A stretch of 64,000 nucleotides of DNA from contig CAWGVS010000006.1 in the NCBI GenBank assembly GCA_963826115.1, positions 1,056,001 through 1,120,000 on the forward strand. The letters are read 5' to 3'. The stretch is from an uncultured Candidatus Rokubacteria bacterium (GTDB lineage Bacteria; Methylomirabilota; Methylomirabilia; Rokubacteriales; DASRDR01). Shown in pieces: positions 28,046 to 37,580 of this stretch (positions within the stretch are counted from its first letter, which is position 1; each line of letters opens with the position of its first letter). Below the pieces are notes generated by a model that did no database searches, had not been told where the DNA came from, and worked only from the letters and a program-made list of their open reading frames with translations. The translations under genes were made by a program, and so were the position numbers.

Positions 28046-29310
28046 CGGTGCGCGCGCCCGCCCGCCGCGGGCGGCCGGGGCGGGCCGGGGCCGTCGTGCT
28101 CGCCGCCGGTCTCTGGCTCGCTGCCGGCTGCGCCGCCGGCCGGGCCCCCGCGGTCATCGAGCCCGCCACCGCGCTCCGGCCCGTCCGGAGCGCCCCCCTC
28201 CTCCGCGACGACGCCGACCCCGCCTCGCTCCACGCCGCGGTGACCCAGAGCCTGGCGTGGCTCGCCGGCCAGCCGCCCGAGCAGGTGATCGTGGCGGGGC
28301 CCCGTCGCGTCACCGTGGCGGACCAGACGCGCGCGCTCCGGGGCCTGCTCGCGCTCCTGGCGGAGTCCCCGACGCCGGAGCGGCTTGCCGCCCACGTCCG
28401 CGAGGCGTTCGAGGTCCTGGAGGCCGTCGGCGGGCCGGACGGCCGAATGCTCGTCACCGGCTACTACGAGCCGGTCGTCGAGGCCGCCGAGCGGCCGAGC
28501 GCGGAGTACGGCGTCCCCATCCTCGGCCTTCCCGACGACCTGGTCGAGGTCCGGCTGGAGGCCTTCGATCCTCGCTACCGCGGGGAGCGCGTGTTCGGAC
28601 GCGTCGACGGGCGGCGGCTGGTCCCGTACTGGCGGCGGGCGGAGATCGACGCGGGCCGCCTGGCGGGCCGCGGCCTCGAGCTCGCCTGGGCGCGGGACCC
28701 GGTGGACGTCTTCTTCATGGAGATCCAGGGGAGCGGGACGCTGCGGTTCCCGGACGGCCGCGAGCGCCGCGTCGGCTACGCGGGCGCCAACGGCCGGCCG
28801 TACCGGGCGATCGGGCGACTCCTGATCGACGAGGGGCACGTGCCCCGCGAGGCGATGTCGATGCAGGCGATCCGCGACTGGCTCGGCGCGCACCCCGAGG
28901 AGCGCCAGCGCGTCCTCGAGCACAACGAGTCGTACGTGTTCTTCCGCCCCTTGCCGGGACCGCCCGAGGGGAGCCTCGGCCGGCCGCTCACGCCCGGGCG
29001 CTCGGTGGCCACCGACGCGCGCCTCTTCCCGCCCGGCGCGCTCGCCTTCATCGAGACCGAGCGGCCGGATCGAGGTCCGGACGGCGCGCTGCGCTGGCAG
29101 CCGCTCGCGCGCTTCGTCCTCAATCAGGACACGGGCGGGGCGATCCGCGGCGCCGGCCGCGTGGACTTCTTCTGGGGCCGGGGTGAGGCGGCAGCCTTCG
29201 CCGCCGGTCTCATGCGCCAGCCCGGTCGCCTGTACTTCCTCGTGCCGCGGGCGGCCGTCGCCGGGTCCACCGAGCCCCTTCAGCGCGCCGTCAGTGTCCC
29301 GCCGCCCTAG
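28042..29310 (+). CDS. mltA: Murein lytic transglycosylase MltA (paralog 2, lipoprotein)
   Basis: Lipobox LAAGC, TGYYEP, FFMEIQGSG and QDTGGAIRG.GRVDFFWG motifs. Confidence 0.9.
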   Translation: MTVRAPARRGRPGRAGAVVLAAGLWLAAGCAAGRAPAVIEPATALRPVRSAPLLRDDADPASLHAAVTQSLAWLAGQPPEQVIVAGPRRVTVADQTRALRGLLALLAESPTPERLAAHVREAFEVLEAVGGPDGRMLVTGYYEPVVEAAERPSAEYGVPILGLPDDLVEVRLEAFDPRYRGERVFGRVDGRRLVPYWRRAEIDAGRLAGRGLELAWARDPVDVFFMEIQGSGTLRFPDGRERRVGYAGANGRPYRAIGRLLIDEGHVPREAMSMQAIRDWLGAHPEERQRVLEHNESYVFFRPLPGPPEGSLGRPLTPGRSVATDARLFPPGALAFIETERPDRGPDGALRWQPLARFVLNQDTGGAIRGAGRVDFFWGRGEAAAFAAGLMRQPGRLYFLVPRAAVAGSTEPLQRAVSVPPP

Positions 29311-29488
29311 CGCCTGTCAGTCCGGATCACGACACGGCAGGTGACGATTCCTGACGCGCGACCGCCAGGGCGCGCGCGGGCCGCGTGTCGCACCAGTCCC
29401 CGCCCGGCGCTCCCGAATCGCCCGTAGGATCAGTGCTTTCCGTCCCGATCGCGGCCTAGGCTGACGCGTCGCCGCCAGTGGAAAACTC

Positions 29489-29504
29489 GGGCACGTGCAT
29501 TGCA
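29489..29504 (+). promoter_or_regulatory. Sigma54 (-24/-12) promoter GGGCACGTGCATTGCA
   Basis: GG-N10-GC with GGCACG and TTGCA cores, in the intergenic region before the REC-pilB*-pilT-pilU operon. Confidence 0.7.
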
Positions 29505-29637
29505 AAACTCCTCGCACGCCGGTTGTGGTGCAGGGTTCGAGGTGCCGAGCGCGCGGTCCGCGCGCCGTGATGTGCCCGCAGTGGGGCGGCACCTCTGTGC
29601 GATGCCGCGAGGCGTCGCGATGCGCGGAGGACGTGCC

Positions 29638-30057
29638 GTGTCCGATCCCGGGGTGTGTGGCGCCAGCGATCAGGTCGAGCCTCGCCCGCTGGCGCTCGTC
29701 GCCGACGACGAGGCCGAGGTGCGGCGGCTGGTCAGCGAGGTGCTGACGGAGGCGGGCTTCGACACGCTGTCGGCTCGGGACGGATTCGAGCTCCTGGACC
29801 TCGCCGCCCGGCACCGGCCGCAGCTGATCGTCGCGGACGTGATGATGCCCAGCATGGACGGCTACACCGCGGTGACGCGCCTGCGCGGCCAGGCCGCGAC
29901 GGCGGGCATCCCGGTGATCATGCTCACGGGCTGCACGGACCCCGCGTACGGGGAGCTCAGCGAGGGCATCGGCGCATCCGCCCACGTGACCAAGCCGTTC
30001 TCGCCCATGGTCCTCTGCGAGCTGGCCCAGGAGATGCTCCGCAAGGCGCGCGTATGA
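29638..30057 (+). CDS. Single-domain response regulator (CheY/PilH-like)
   Basis: VADDE, ADVMMP.MDG (phosphoacceptor Asp), MLTG and KPF motifs. Start is uncertain (29620 or 29638). Confidence 0.88.
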   Translation: MSDPGVCGASDQVEPRPLALVADDEAEVRRLVSEVLTEAGFDTLSARDGFELLDLAARHRPQLIVADVMMPSMDGYTAVTRLRGQAATAGIPVIMLTGCTDPAYGELSEGIGASAHVTKPFSPMVLCELAQEMLRKARV

Positions 30058-31448
30058 GCACGCGGCAGCGCCTGGGCGACGTCCTGGTCCAGCGCGAGCT
30101 CGTGACGCCCACCCAGCTCGAAGAGGCGCTCGCGCGCCACCGGGTGGGCGGCCGGCGACTCGGCGAGGTGCTGGTGTCGATGGGCGCGTTGACCCACGAG
30201 CAGCTGAGCTGGGCGCTCTCCGAGGCGCTCCACATCCCGTTCGTCGAGCTGTCGGACGAAGTCATCGACCTCGACGTCGCCCGGTCGCTTCCCGAGGCCG
30301 TCCTGCGGCGCCACGAGGCGGTGCCCGTTCTCCGCGTGAATGACGAGATGACGGTGCTCGTAGCCGACCCGACCAACCGGCAGGCGGCCATCGAGCTCGA
30401 GGCGCTGACGGGCACCCGGGTGACCGTGGCACTGGCCGCCCGAGAGGCGGTGCTGCACTTCCTCGATCGCGCGTTCCCGGACTCCAGCGGCACTCATGGC
30501 GCCAACGGCACGAATGGCCACGGTCCGGTCGTGGACCTCACCGGCGTCAGCCAGGTGTTCGCGCTCCTGCTGGGGGCCGTCCGCGACCGCGCGGGCGAGC
30601 TCCACCTCGAGCCGGCCCAGGACGGTGTCCTGGTGCGCGTGCGCGTCGACGGGCGGCTGCTCGATCGCGCCTGGTTCGACCGCGAGCTGCTCGCGCCGAT
30701 CACCTTCCGGCTCCGGCTGCTGGCGGGGCTCAAGGGCGAGCCCGCGCCGCGGACTGCCCGGATCCGGACCCGACTCGACGGGCGCGATACGGACCTCGAG
30801 TTCTTCTTCTTCCCGACGCTGTCGGGCGAGGCCGTCACCGTGCGCTTCCATCACGTCGTGACGGAGGCGCCTACCCTCGAGTCGCTCGGCGCACCGGAGC
30901 CCACTCGTCGGGTGATGGCGGAGCTGGTCGCCGAGCGGCGGACGGCGGACGACGTGGGCGGGGTGGTGGTAGTGGCTGGCCCGGACGGCCGGGCTCGCGC
31001 CGAGGTTCTCTATGCCCTCGCGCGTGCCGCCGCGGCGCCAGGCCGGCGCGTGGTGACGCTGGAGCGGCGAGTGTCGTTCGTGGTGTCCGGGTTCCTCCAG
31101 GTCGAGCTGCCCCAGGGCTTCGAGGCTGAAGCCCCCGCGGTCCTGAACCAACCGGGGGACGTCATCCTCGTCGAGGACATCACCCAGCCGACCCTGGTGG
31201 CGGCCGCGCTGGCCAGCGCAGAGCAGGGCACGCTGGTCCTGGCCGGTCTCGGCCTCTGCTCGATCCGGAGCGCGCTCGCGTATCTCTCCACGGTCGACTT
31301 GCGCGGCCCGTTCCTCGCGCTGACCCGAGGCGTCGTCGACGTGCACCGCCGCGGCGGATTCCTCGCCGTCGACGCCCTCACTCTCACTCCGGCCCTCCGC
31401 CGGGACTTGGCCGATCGGAAGGACCCATGGACGTCGCCGACCTCCTGA
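30054..31448 (+). CDS. PilB/GspE-like protein with N-terminal MshEN domain and a degenerate ATPase domain
   Basis: Tandem RLG..LV motifs and the GspE N2-like ELHLEP...VRVRVDG.L segment. Walker A reads GPDGRARA and the His-box reads GTLVLAGL. Confidence 0.8.
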   Translation: MSTRQRLGDVLVQRELVTPTQLEEALARHRVGGRRLGEVLVSMGALTHEQLSWALSEALHIPFVELSDEVIDLDVARSLPEAVLRRHEAVPVLRVNDEMTVLVADPTNRQAAIELEALTGTRVTVALAAREAVLHFLDRAFPDSSGTHGANGTNGHGPVVDLTGVSQVFALLLGAVRDRAGELHLEPAQDGVLVRVRVDGRLLDRAWFDRELLAPITFRLRLLAGLKGEPAPRTARIRTRLDGRDTDLEFFFFPTLSGEAVTVRFHHVVTEAPTLESLGAPEPTRRVMAELVAERRTADDVGGVVVVAGPDGRARAEVLYALARAAAAPGRRVVTLERRVSFVVSGFLQVELPQGFEAEAPAVLNQPGDVILVEDITQPTLVAAALASAEQGTLVLAGLGLCSIRSALAYLSTVDLRGPFLALTRGVVDVHRRGGFLAVDALTLTPALRRDLADRKDPWTSPTS

Positions 31449-32512
31449 TCCAGACGAAAGAAAAAGGTGCCTCGGACCTGCACCTCTCCGCGGGCGCGAT
31501 GCCGCTGATGCGGCTGCACGGCACGCTCGTGCCGATCGAGGACCGCGTTCTGACCCGGGACGAGGTCCACCGGATGGTCTACGAGATCCTGAACGACGAC
31601 CAGCGGCGGATCTTCGAGGAGCAACGGGACCTGGACTTCGCGATCGAGGTCGGCGAGTTCGCGCGGTTCCGCGCCAACGTGTTCAACCAGCGGAACGGCG
31701 AGGGCGCCGTGTTCCGCGTCATCCCGACCCAGATCCGGTCGTTCCAGGAGCTTGGGCTTCCCGAGTCCGTCCAGAACCTCGCGCTTCGGGAGAATGGCCT
31801 GGTGCTCGTGACGGGCCCCACCGGATCGGGGAAGTCGACGACGATCGCCGCGATGCTCGACCTGGTGAACGCGACGCAGAAGAAGCACATCATCACCCTC
31901 GAGGACCCCATCGAGTTCGTGCACCGATCGAAGGGCTGCCTCGTGAACCAGCGTGAGATTGGCGCGCACACCAAGTCGTTCGCGGCTGCCCTGCGGGCCG
32001 CGCTCCGCGAGGACCCCGACGTCATCCTGGTCGGGGAGATGCGGGACCTCGAGACGATCAGCCTGGCGCTGACGGCCGCGGAGACCGGGCACCTCGTCTT
32101 CGCGACGCTCCACACGAAGAGCGCGCCCAAGACGATCGACCGCATCGTCGACGCCTTTCCCCCGGCGCAGCAGCAGCAGGTGCGGGTCCAGCTGGCCGAG
32201 GCGCTCCAGGGAGTCGTCTCGCAGCTGCTCTTCCCGACCAAGGACAAGAAGGGGCGGGTGGCGGCGCTCGAGATCATGGTGGCCACCGTCGCGATCCGGA
32301 ACCTGATCCGCGAGGGCAAGACCCACCAGATGCCGTCCTCGATCCAGACCGGCACCCAGATGGGGATGCAGAGCCTCGAGCAGGCCCTCCGGAACCTGGT
32401 CATGCAGGGTCGCATCGACCGCGCGCACGCCGAGGGCTTTCTCCAGTCGTCCTCGTCGGGCTCGGCCGGCGGCCTGGGAGCCGTGCCCACCGCGGCGGGC
32501 GCCGCGCGGTGA
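31427..32512 (+). CDS. pilT: Type IV pilus retraction ATPase PilT
   Basis: GPTGSGKST, TLEDPIE, LREDPD.ILVGEMRD, TGHLV.ATLHT and the PilT signature AIRNLIRE. Confidence 0.95.
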   Translation: MDVADLLIQTKEKGASDLHLSAGAMPLMRLHGTLVPIEDRVLTRDEVHRMVYEILNDDQRRIFEEQRDLDFAIEVGEFARFRANVFNQRNGEGAVFRVIPTQIRSFQELGLPESVQNLALRENGLVLVTGPTGSGKSTTIAAMLDLVNATQKKHIITLEDPIEFVHRSKGCLVNQREIGAHTKSFAAALRAALREDPDVILVGEMRDLETISLALTAAETGHLVFATLHTKSAPKTIDRIVDAFPPAQQQQVRVQLAEALQGVVSQLLFPTKDKKGRVAALEIMVATVAIRNLIREGKTHQMPSSIQTGTQMGMQSLEQALRNLVMQGRIDRAHAEGFLQSSSSGSAGGLGAVPTAAGAAR

Positions 32513-33585
32513 GTGGCATGACCACGTTCGACGCGGTCCTGACCGAGGCGGTCTCGAGCGGCGCCTCGGACGTCTACTTCCTGGAGGGCGTCGCGCCCGC
32601 CCTGAAGGTGGACGGTCTCGTGAGCCCGGTGCCCGGGACGGGTGCCCTCGACACCGACACCATGCGCGCGGTCCTCGAGCGGCTCCTGCCGATCCGTGAG
32701 CGGACGGCCTTCGCGGAGCGGGGCGAGGCGAACCTGTCGCACGTTCACCCGATCCTCGGGCGCTTCCGCGTGAACTGCTACCGGGCGATGGGCGTTTCGG
32801 GGGCGGTTCTCCGCCGGGTCAAGACGGAGGTGCCCACGATCGAGGGGCTCGAGCTGCCTCCGCTACTGGGCAGCCTGTCGCTCGAGCGGCAGGGCCTGAT
32901 CCTGGTGGTGGGCGCGACGGGCGCCGGCAAATCGACCACCGTGGCGGCGATGCTCCACCATCGGAGCACGCACTCGCGCGGGCACGTCGTCACGATCGAG
33001 GACCCCGTCGAGTACATCCACGCCGCCGACCAGAGCATCGTCTCGCAGCGCGAGGTCGGGATCGACACCGACTCGTACTTGGTGGGGCTGAAGAACGCGC
33101 TCCGGCAGGCACCCGACGTCATCTTCGTCGGAGAGCTCCGCGACTCCGAGACGGCCGCAGTCGCGCTCCACTCGGCGGAGACCGGCCACCTGGTCCTCTC
33201 GACCCTTCACGCGACGAACGCGACGACCGCGGTCGAGCGGCTCCTCCACTTCTTCCAGCCCGAGGTGCGGGCGTCGGTGCTCCTCCAGCTCTCGCTGACC
33301 ATGCGGGCGGTCGTGGCGCAGCGGCTCGTGCCTCGGGTGGAAGGCAAGGGGCGGGCGGCGGCGATGGAGGTCATGCTGGTCACGTCGCGCATCCAGGCCC
33401 TGATCCGTCGGGGCGAGCTGGAGACCATCCGCCAGGCGATCGAGGAGGGCTCGAACGAGGGGCTCCAGACCTTCGACCAGGCCCTGTTCGACCTGGTCCG
33501 GCGGAAGACGATCGGCGCCGACGACGCGCTCCGCTTCGCGGACAGCCCGAACAACCTCCGGCTGCGCATGAAGGGGATCCGGTAG
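32509..33585 (+). CDS. pilU: PilT/PilU-family ATPase (PilU-like)
   Basis: GATGAGKST, TIEDPVEY, LRQAPD, QTFDQAL and ADSPNNLRL motifs. Confidence 0.88.
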   Translation: MSGMTTFDAVLTEAVSSGASDVYFLEGVAPALKVDGLVSPVPGTGALDTDTMRAVLERLLPIRERTAFAERGEANLSHVHPILGRFRVNCYRAMGVSGAVLRRVKTEVPTIEGLELPPLLGSLSLERQGLILVVGATGAGKSTTVAAMLHHRSTHSRGHVVTIEDPVEYIHAADQSIVSQREVGIDTDSYLVGLKNALRQAPDVIFVGELRDSETAAVALHSAETGHLVLSTLHATNATTAVERLLHFFQPEVRASVLLQLSLTMRAVVAQRLVPRVEGKGRAAAMEVMLVTSRIQALIRRGELETIRQAIEEGSNEGLQTFDQALFDLVRRKTIGADDALRFADSPNNLRLRMKGIR

Positions 33586-33719
33586 GCCCGTCAGGGGGGT
33601 TCCTTCCCGCTCGTCCAGGTGGACCGGCGGAGGCTGCGCCAGGCCGACATCATGGGTGACGAGGACGGTGGCCGCGACGACCGCGAGGGCGGCGACCGCG
33701 AGACGCGGGGCCCGCGCCG

Positions 33720-34349
33720 TTACCGCCCGAGGGCCTTCCGGAGGACGGGCAGGAGGCGCTCGGCCAGCATCGCCTGACCCTGCTCGTCGGGGTGGAGCCC
33801 GTCGTACGTGTGGCCCGGCACGACGCCGCCCAGGAAGTCCTCGACGAGGCCCGCGCCCTCCTCCTTGGCGATCTCGCGGAGGTGCCGCCGGTGGCCATCC
33901 CCGGGCACGTTGGGGATGCTGATGTGGAGGAGGATGACGTCGGCCCCGCGGGCCCGGATCCGCTGGGTGATCGTCCGCAGGTTGGCCACGGTGCGCTCGC
34001 GCGGCCACTGGCCGAACATGTCGTTGACGCCGAGCTCGACCACCACGAGCCGGGGACGGTGCTGAAGCACGTCGCGGTCGAGGCGCTGGAGCCCGCCCTC
34101 GGTGGTGTCACCGGAGATGCCCGCGTTGACGACTGGGACGCCCAGCGCCTGCCCGAGCCGGTGGGGAAACGCGAGCTCCGCCCTCAGCCGGTGTCCGTTC
34201 GTGATGCTGTCCCCGAGGAAGACCACGGTCGACCCGGGCGCGGTTGCGCTCGCGCGCGGAGCGCGGCGAGCAGTCCGGGGCCAGAGCGCCCAGGCGGCGC
34301 CGAGGAGAACGAGGAGCCCGAGGACCAGCCAGACGCGCCGCGAGCCCAC
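33720..34349 (-). CDS. GDSL/SGNH arylesterase (TesA-like) with N-terminal membrane anchor
   Basis: FLGDSIT, NAGISGDTT, ELGVND and DGLHP blocks. Confidence 0.9.
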   Translation of the reverse strand: MGSRRVWLVLGLLVLLGAAWALWPRTARRAPRASATAPGSTVVFLGDSITNGHRLRAELAFPHRLGQALGVPVVNAGISGDTTEGGLQRLDRDVLQHRPRLVVVELGVNDMFGQWPRERTVANLRTITQRIRARGADVILLHISIPNVPGDGHRRHLREIAKEEGAGLVEDFLGGVVPGHTYDGLHPDEQGQAMLAERLLPVLRKALGR

Positions 34350-34445
34350 GCGGTGATCTTGCGGCGATCCGGGCCGCCGGGCAACCGCCCGCCCCGGATC
34401 CGGAGCGACGCCGGAGGCGCGGGACCCGTCTGGTACCATCCGGTC

Positions 34446-35270
34446 ATGGGGCTCCATCCGGGCGGCCCGCCGCTCCTCGACCGCCGGACCGTCCTGGGGA
34501 CGGCGCTCGCGTGGCTCTGTTTCCCGCGGCTTCGGGCGGCGGCGGAGAGCGAGGCGCGCCAGGGCGCCTTCAGCGCGCGGGCGGCGATCCTGTTCGGCGC
34601 CTTCCGGTTCGAGGAGCGCGGGGTGATCGAGGAGACCATCGACCGTGCCGCCGGGCGGTACGAAGTGCGCATCACGGGCAAGGGCACGGAGATGAGCACG
34701 GAGATCGAGTCGAGCGGGACGCTCCGGGGCGGGCGGTGGGCGCCCCTCCGGTTCACGGACCGCTTCCTGGTGTACGGGCGGGAGTCGCGCCTCGAGATCG
34801 TCTACGACCACGACCACCGGCAGGTCCAGTACCGGGGGCGGAGCGAGACGTTCCTCCTCCGCCGCCTCCGCACGACCGACGACACCCTGACGCTGCCGGC
34901 CGAGAGTCACGTGGACGACGTGGTGAGCGCGACCTTGAACTTCGCCGAGGGGCGGTGGCCGGCGGAGAAGGACGGCCGGCTCGTCACCCAGGTCGTTCGC
35001 CGGCAGCGGACGCCTGGCGAGCGTCCGGACGACGCGGAGCGCCGTTACCGCGCGGAGCTCGTGCCCTTCGAGCTGCGGGTCGGCCCGGAGGCGGGCGGCC
35101 GGGCGACGGCGCTCCTCGACATGACGCGCTTCTCGTCGTGGGCGCGGGAGGAAGAGCCGGCGCGCATCGTGTTCGGCGCCGACCGGCGCCCCGAGAGCAT
35201 CACCGCGTCGCTCATCCTGGGCACGAGCCTCGCGATCCGGATGGGCGCCGGCGCGGCCGCGGGGTCGTAG
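34446..35270 (+). CDS. Exported beta-rich hypothetical protein (DUF3108-like), possible Tat signal
   Basis: LDRRTVLG twin-arginine-like leader and a beta-strand-rich mature part. Confidence 0.65.
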   Translation: MGLHPGGPPLLDRRTVLGTALAWLCFPRLRAAAESEARQGAFSARAAILFGAFRFEERGVIEETIDRAAGRYEVRITGKGTEMSTEIESSGTLRGGRWAPLRFTDRFLVYGRESRLEIVYDHDHRQVQYRGRSETFLLRRLRTTDDTLTLPAESHVDDVVSATLNFAEGRWPAEKDGRLVTQVVRRQRTPGERPDDAERRYRAELVPFELRVGPEAGGRATALLDMTRFSSWAREEEPARIVFGADRRPESITASLILGTSLAIRMGAGAAAGS

Positions 35271-35282
35271 ACGCGCGCCGGC

Positions 35283-37556
35283 CTACGCGGCCGGCAGCCG
35301 GATCGTGAAGACGGTGCCCCGCCCGAGCTCCGAGTCGACGTCGATCGTCCCGCCGTAGCTCGAGATGATGCCGGAGACGATCGAGAGCCCGAGCCCCGTC
35401 CCGCTCTCCTTCGTCGTGAAGAACGGCTCGAAGATGCGCCGGCGCACGTCCGGCGGGATGCCGGTCCCGGTGTCCGCGATGGACAGCAGGACCCAGTCGC
35501 CCTCGTAGCGGGTCTCGAGAGTGATGGAGCCGCCCTTCGGCATGGCGTCGACCGAGTTCAGGACGAGGTTGATGAGCGCCTCGCGCAGCTCCGCCCCGCG
35601 CGCCTGGATCGCGGGCACCAGGTCCAGCCGCTGCCGCACCATGATCGGCGCGCCCCGGAGGTCGCTCTGGGACCACCGCGGCCGGACGATCTCGATCGCC
35701 TGCCGGACCACGTCCCGGAGGTCCACCCGCTCGAGCCGGCGGTCCACGTCGCGGCGGGCGAACCGCCGGATGCGGCCAACCGTTTCCACCCCGTCCCGGA
35801 CCGCCTGCTCGATCGTGGCCAGGCCCCGCTGCAGACGCTCGGGCGAGGGCTCGTGGGCGATGAGCTGGGTGTGCCCGAGGATGGCCTGGAGCAGGTTCGT
35901 GAAGTCATGGGCCATGCCCATGGCGAGCTGACCGAGCGCGGACAGCTTCTCGGAGCGGGCGAGCTGCTCCTCCCAGCGCCGCTGCTCGGTGACGTCGCGG
36001 ACGATCAGGAGGAGCCCGATCTCGTCGCGACTACCCCAGGGGATGGGGGAGCACGTGGCGGTGAGGTCCTGGACTGCCCGGTCGCCCTCCTGGAGGCGCA
36101 GCACCGCGGTCCGGCTCGCCCGCGGGGCGGCGAGCACGGGCTCGAGCTGCACCATCACGACCGGCGGCATCGCATCGCCGATGAGCTTGCCGCGCGCCTC
36201 CTCGGCGGTCCGCCCGAACATCCGCTCGGCCGCCGGGTTCCAGGTGACGACCCGGCCCGCGGGGTCCACGGCCACGATGGACTCGGTCGCCGACTCGATC
36301 AGGTTCTCCAGGAACGACTTGGCCTCCGAGAGCTCGCGGTGAAGGTTCGCGTTCCGGACGATGAGGGCGACCGACTCCGAGAACATGCGGAGGAGCTCGC
36401 GCTCGCTCGGATCGAGCTCGCGGGTCGTCTCGACGACCAGCGCGCCGAGGTGCCGGCCCTGCGCCACCAGGGGGAACACGGCGCGCTCGGGCGTTTCGGT
36501 CTCCGCCGGCTCGCCCTGGTCGAGGAGCACCTGGACGCGCTCGTAGCCGCCGCCCTGCTGGAGGTGGTCGGTGATCGCGGCGAGCGTCCGGTCGAGCGCG
36601 GGGTCGACGAGGACCGCCGTGGAGATCCGCCGAAGGATCTCGCCCTGCACGGCCCGCAGCGACTGCTCGGCCGCCAGCCGCGCCGCGGCCGTGAGGAGGG
36701 CCGAGGTTCGCACGGCCGTGACCATGAGATCGGTCACCGGCCGGAGGGGCGCGAGGTCGGCGGCGCCGGGGGCCGGAGCGCGGCGGTGGTAGAGCGCGAG
36801 GTGCGCCGACACGCGGGGGAATCCCTCGTCCACCGCCGGCACGACCAGCGCGGACTCGAAGCCCAGCTCGGCGAGCTCGACAGGCCATGTCAGCGGCCCG
36901 GCCACGCCCGGGCGGACGGCCGCGGGCTCGCGAACGTCGTGTAGCGCCGCGCGCCACGCGGCGGCCACCGCGTCACCTGCCGCGGCGGGGAGCTCGGTGT
37001 GCACGACCGCGATCGGATCCGTGCCGAGGAACGACGCGGCCGCCGCGCCCGTCACGCGCTGGGCCTCGTGGAGCATCGCGCGAAGGAGCCCCTGGAGGTC
37101 GCCGCTCTCCACGGGGTCGCGCCGCTGCGCGAGATCGCGCATCTTGCCGATGAGCGGGGCGAGCGCCACGCCCGGCCGGTCTGCGCGCTGGCGCCGGCGG
37201 GCGACGGCCCGCTCCGCGGCCTCCTGGAGCTCCCGGGGAGCGAACGGCTTCACCAGGTAGTCCATGGCGCCGAACCGCATCGCCCGCTGCACCGTGTCGA
37301 GCGACGCGTAGGCGGTGATCATCACGACCTCGACGCCGGCGTCGACCGCCTTCACGCGCTCGAGCAGCTGGACGCCGTCCATGCGAGGCATCTTCACGTC
37401 CATGAAGATCACGTCCGGGCGGAGCCCGGGCAGGACCGCGAGAACCTCCTCGCCGCTCCCGGCCGTGAAGACCTGGTAGCGCGGCTTGAGGATCATGCGG
37501 ATGGCCTCCCGCGGCCCCTCCTCGTCGTCCACCACCAGCACGCGTGGGTCCATCAT
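35283..37556 (-). CDS. Hybrid REC-GAF-PAS histidine kinase
   Basis: REC (VDDE, MDVKMP, KPF), PAS (WNPAAERMFG), H-box AHDFTN, and N/G1/F/G2 boxes (NSVDAM, DTGTG, FEPFFTTK, GTGLGL). Confidence 0.92.
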   Translation of the reverse strand: MMDPRVLVVDDEEGPREAIRMILKPRYQVFTAGSGEEVLAVLPGLRPDVIFMDVKMPRMDGVQLLERVKAVDAGVEVVMITAYASLDTVQRAMRFGAMDYLVKPFAPRELQEAAERAVARRRQRADRPGVALAPLIGKMRDLAQRRDPVESGDLQGLLRAMLHEAQRVTGAAAASFLGTDPIAVVHTELPAAAGDAVAAAWRAALHDVREPAAVRPGVAGPLTWPVELAELGFESALVVPAVDEGFPRVSAHLALYHRRAPAPGAADLAPLRPVTDLMVTAVRTSALLTAAARLAAEQSLRAVQGEILRRISTAVLVDPALDRTLAAITDHLQQGGGYERVQVLLDQGEPAETETPERAVFPLVAQGRHLGALVVETTRELDPSERELLRMFSESVALIVRNANLHRELSEAKSFLENLIESATESIVAVDPAGRVVTWNPAAERMFGRTAEEARGKLIGDAMPPVVMVQLEPVLAAPRASRTAVLRLQEGDRAVQDLTATCSPIPWGSRDEIGLLLIVRDVTEQRRWEEQLARSEKLSALGQLAMGMAHDFTNLLQAILGHTQLIAHEPSPERLQRGLATIEQAVRDGVETVGRIRRFARRDVDRRLERVDLRDVVRQAIEIVRPRWSQSDLRGAPIMVRQRLDLVPAIQARGAELREALINLVLNSVDAMPKGGSITLETRYEGDWVLLSIADTGTGIPPDVRRRIFEPFFTTKESGTGLGLSIVSGIISSYGGTIDVDSELGRGTVFTIRLPAA

Positions 37557-37580
37557 GTCTGAGCCCCCCTGGGTCTCAGC

